Source: Octopus bimaculoides (lineage: Eukaryota). From it: a stretch of DNA of 49,467 bases. The notes beneath the pieces were generated by a model. It saw nothing but the letters and a program-made list of their open reading frames with translations. It was not told the DNA's origin and searched no databases. Shown here piece by piece: positions 46,519 through 49,467 of this stretch. Where the stretch lies: assembly GCF_001194135.2 (NCBI RefSeq), contig NC_068985.1, forward strand, positions 81,693,385 to 81,742,851. The letters run 5' to 3'. The position numbers were made by a program, and so were the translations under genes. The stretch's first letter is position 1, and every line of letters begins with the position of its first letter.

Positions 46519-46947
46519 TTTTCTACTCCAGGCACAAGGCCTGAAATTTTTAGGGAGCGGGCCAGTTGATTAGATCGACCCCAGTATGCAACTGGTACTT
46601 AATTTATCGACCCTGAAAGGATGAAAGGCAAAGTCGACCTCGGTGGAATTTGAACTCAGAACGTAAAAACAGACAAAATACCGCTAAGCATTTCGCCCAA
46701 AGTGCTAACGTTACTTATTTCTTTATTGCCCATAAGGGGATAAACATATAGGGAACAAACAAGGACAGACAAAGGGATTAAGTCGATTACATCAACCCCA
46801 GTGCATAACTGGTATTTAATTTATCGACCCTGAAAGGATGAAAGGTAAAGTCGACCTCGGTGGAATTTGAACTCAGAACGTAATGGCAGACAAAATACCA
46901 CTAAGCATTTCGCCCAGCCTGCTAACATTTCTGCCAGCACGCTGCCT
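46519..46947 (-). mobile_element. Composite SINE A (type-2 unit plus type-1 unit) inside one 17-bp TSD
   Basis: TGTGTCAATTCTAAATC at 46502-46518 and 46948-46964. Confidence 0.9.
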
Positions 46948-47289
46948 TGTGTCAATTCTAAATCACTTTGATGATACTCAAATTGGACTGCTATCTTTAT
47001 GAATTAAAAATCCTAAAGTAGCAAGCAACCCATATTAAAAAGAACAGCAACGTGCAGTACTGAATAGCAGTGTAATCTGATTTCCGGAGCCTAGTCTGGT
47101 AATTCAGATTTACCTTACTAAATACATCCATACCTGTGCACAAATATGTATCAAAATGCACTGATTACATTGGTCATCAATAGCTCTGTCATGCTCAGAC
47201 ATGTAAATAATTTGAAGAATGATAAAGAAGACGTGATAATAAAAGCATATTTACAATACGTGCAATAAATTAGGTAATCCATTCCCCCT

Positions 47290-49265
47290 CCTCCACCTCC
47301 TCCTCCTCCTCTTCTTCTTTGCTGCTGCTGTTGCCTCTGCTGCCACCACCACCACCACCACCATCATCATTTGTTCACATCGTTGTTATCCTCACACACT
47401 ATCCCCATAATTACCTCGCCGACAGTACTAACAAAAACACCATCATCATCATCATCATCATCATCATCGTCATCATCGTCATCATCATCATCATCATCGT
47501 CTTCATTGTCATCATCATCGTCAACATCACTTCAACCCCATTCCTTCTCTTTATTTTCACCAGCACCCCACCGTCTTCCTCCCCCTCCTCCTCCTCCTCA
47601 TCATCACCATCATCATCACCATCACTCCCTTATTGCACCAGTCATCTGTCCTCTTCTTCTTTTTCCTCTTCTGCATCCCTCTCATAATCATCAATGTTTC
47701 CATCATTACCATTGCCGCCATTGTCCTTATCATCATCATCATCGTCGTCGTCATCATCGTCATCATCATCATCATCATCATTATCATCATCATCATCATG
47801 ATCAAGTTAATGTCTGTCTGCATAGTGATTTTATTAATTTCTTTAATTCTAATTTTTTTGTTTTGTTTTTGTTTTGCATTGCTATTTTTTCTTAACATTC
47901 TTGAAAAATGTAACTACAAAAAATAAAGGACCCTTCTCTCGACCCCATCCTTATGCACCTCCAATACCCCCCACACACATGCACAAACACACACACATTT
48001 CATTAACTCCTACCCCCTCTCTCTCTCACTCTCTCATACACACACATACTATATTGCTCCCTCTTTCTTTCTCTTTTTTCTTTCTCTCTCTATCTCTGTA
48101 CCCTCACATTTCTTGCCCACCCCGCACACACACCCATGTCCACATGCACGCCAACACCCTTATCCGACACCAACACCTGCTCTCCCCCCTGCCATGTCTA
48201 ACCAACCAACATACCATATGAACAAACTACTCTATCCAGCATCTCCATCGCTGGCACCACCCACTACTACCACCATCACCACCACCACCCCCAACACCAC
48301 CAACACCANNNNNNNNNNNNNNNNNNNNNNNNNNNNNNNNNNNNNNNNNNNNNNNNNNNNNNNNNNNNNNNNNNNNNNNNNNNNNNNNNNNNNNNNNNNN
48401 NNNNNNNNAGAGATACTGCCCGTAACATGCCTCTCACCTACCTTTGCTGCCTTCTCCTGATTTCTTTGCTTCTCGCTTTTTTGTTGTTCTCCTTTTCGTT
48501 CTTTCCCTCCTAAGCATTCTTCTTCTTCTTCTTCTTCTTCTCTTCCACATCCTCCTTCATTTTTTTCTTCCCCTTCTTTCTCATCTTTCTTCTTCTTCTT
48601 CTTCTTCTTCTTCTTCTTCTTCTTCTTCTTCTTCCTTCTTCTTCCTCTTCCTTCTTCTTCCTTCCTCTTCCTTCTTCTTCCTCCTCCTTCTTCTTCCTCT
48701 TCCTTCTTCTTCCTTCCTCTTCCTTCCTCTTTCTTCTTCTTCTTCTTCTTCTTCTTCTTCTTCTTCTTCTTCTTCTTTCTTTCTTCTTCTTCTTCTTTCT
48801 TTCTTCTTCTTCTTCTTCTTCTTCTTCTTCTTCTTCTTTCATTTTTCTTCCCCTTCTTCTTCTTCTTCTTCTTCTTCTTCTTCTTCTTCTTCTTCTCCTC
48901 CCCTCCCCTCCCCTTCATCTTGTAGTTACACTGGTTCCCTTGTAATCACCATTTTATCCCCTCCTCTCAAATTTTTAAAACATTCTTTTTTTTTCTCTCC
49001 CTTATATTTATTTATTTATTTAACGTTTTCTTGGTATTTTGAATTTTGTCTTTTAGCTTCCATCAACATTTTTTTTCCTATCAAAAATTCAAACAACAAC
49101 AACAACAATTACAACAAAAGTAGCAGCAATGACAACATCAGAAAACACTAATGAAATAATAAGAACACTGAAGATGACAATAACAGTGGCAACAACAACA
49201 GCAAAACCAAAGGATGACTTTGAAACACTGTTGACAAAGACAAGAAAAATAACAACAACAACAAC

Positions 49266-49315
<50 letters not shown>

Positions 49316-49467
49316 TAATAATAATAATGATAATAATAATAGTAGTAGTAGTAATAATAATAATAATAATAATAATAATGATAATAATAATAATAATAGT
49401 AGTAGTAGTAATAATAATAATAATAATAATAATCATAATAATAATAATAATAGTAGTAGTAGTAATA
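47290..49467. repeat. Extended low-complexity region: (CAT)n, (CCA)n, (CT)n, (CTT)n, (AAC)n, (AAT)n/(AGT)n
   Basis: Direct reading. Confidence 0.95.

Noticed and set aside
48232-49151. Poly-K/E/R and poly-S ORFs (228 and 235 aa)
   Set aside because: Translations of (CTT)n; no non-repetitive coding signal.

Overview
This is AT-rich, microsatellite-dense animal DNA with assembly gaps. The SINE families match what I recall of coleoid cephalopod (Octopus) repeats; that is recognition from memory, not a database result. I could not identify any host protein-coding gene with confidence, and nearly all long ORFs in the track are microsatellite or N-gap artefacts. The window is mostly layered mobile DNA: three decayed mariner transposases and a mariner MITE, a Helitron 3' fragment, five Penelope-like (PLE) remnants, an RLE-type non-LTR retrotransposon 3' end, a Tx1/L1-like 3' end, hAT- and piggyBac-like MITEs, RTE-like tails and many tRNA-derived SINEs (called families A and B here). 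Three observations stand out. (1) There are several minimal type I hammerhead ribozyme motifs of the PLE pseudo-LTR kind, including a convergent pair at 8740-8988. (2) One SINE A subfamily carries a 3' tail homologous to the 3' UTR of the Tx1-like LINE in this window, and all three copies are nested in other SINEs at AGAAA-like sites. (3) An indel-free 30-bp x ~11.5 array at 29801-30146 reads as an open Cys/His/Tyr-rich decapeptide repeat. All boundaries were read by eye and are approximate unless a junction sequence is quoted.
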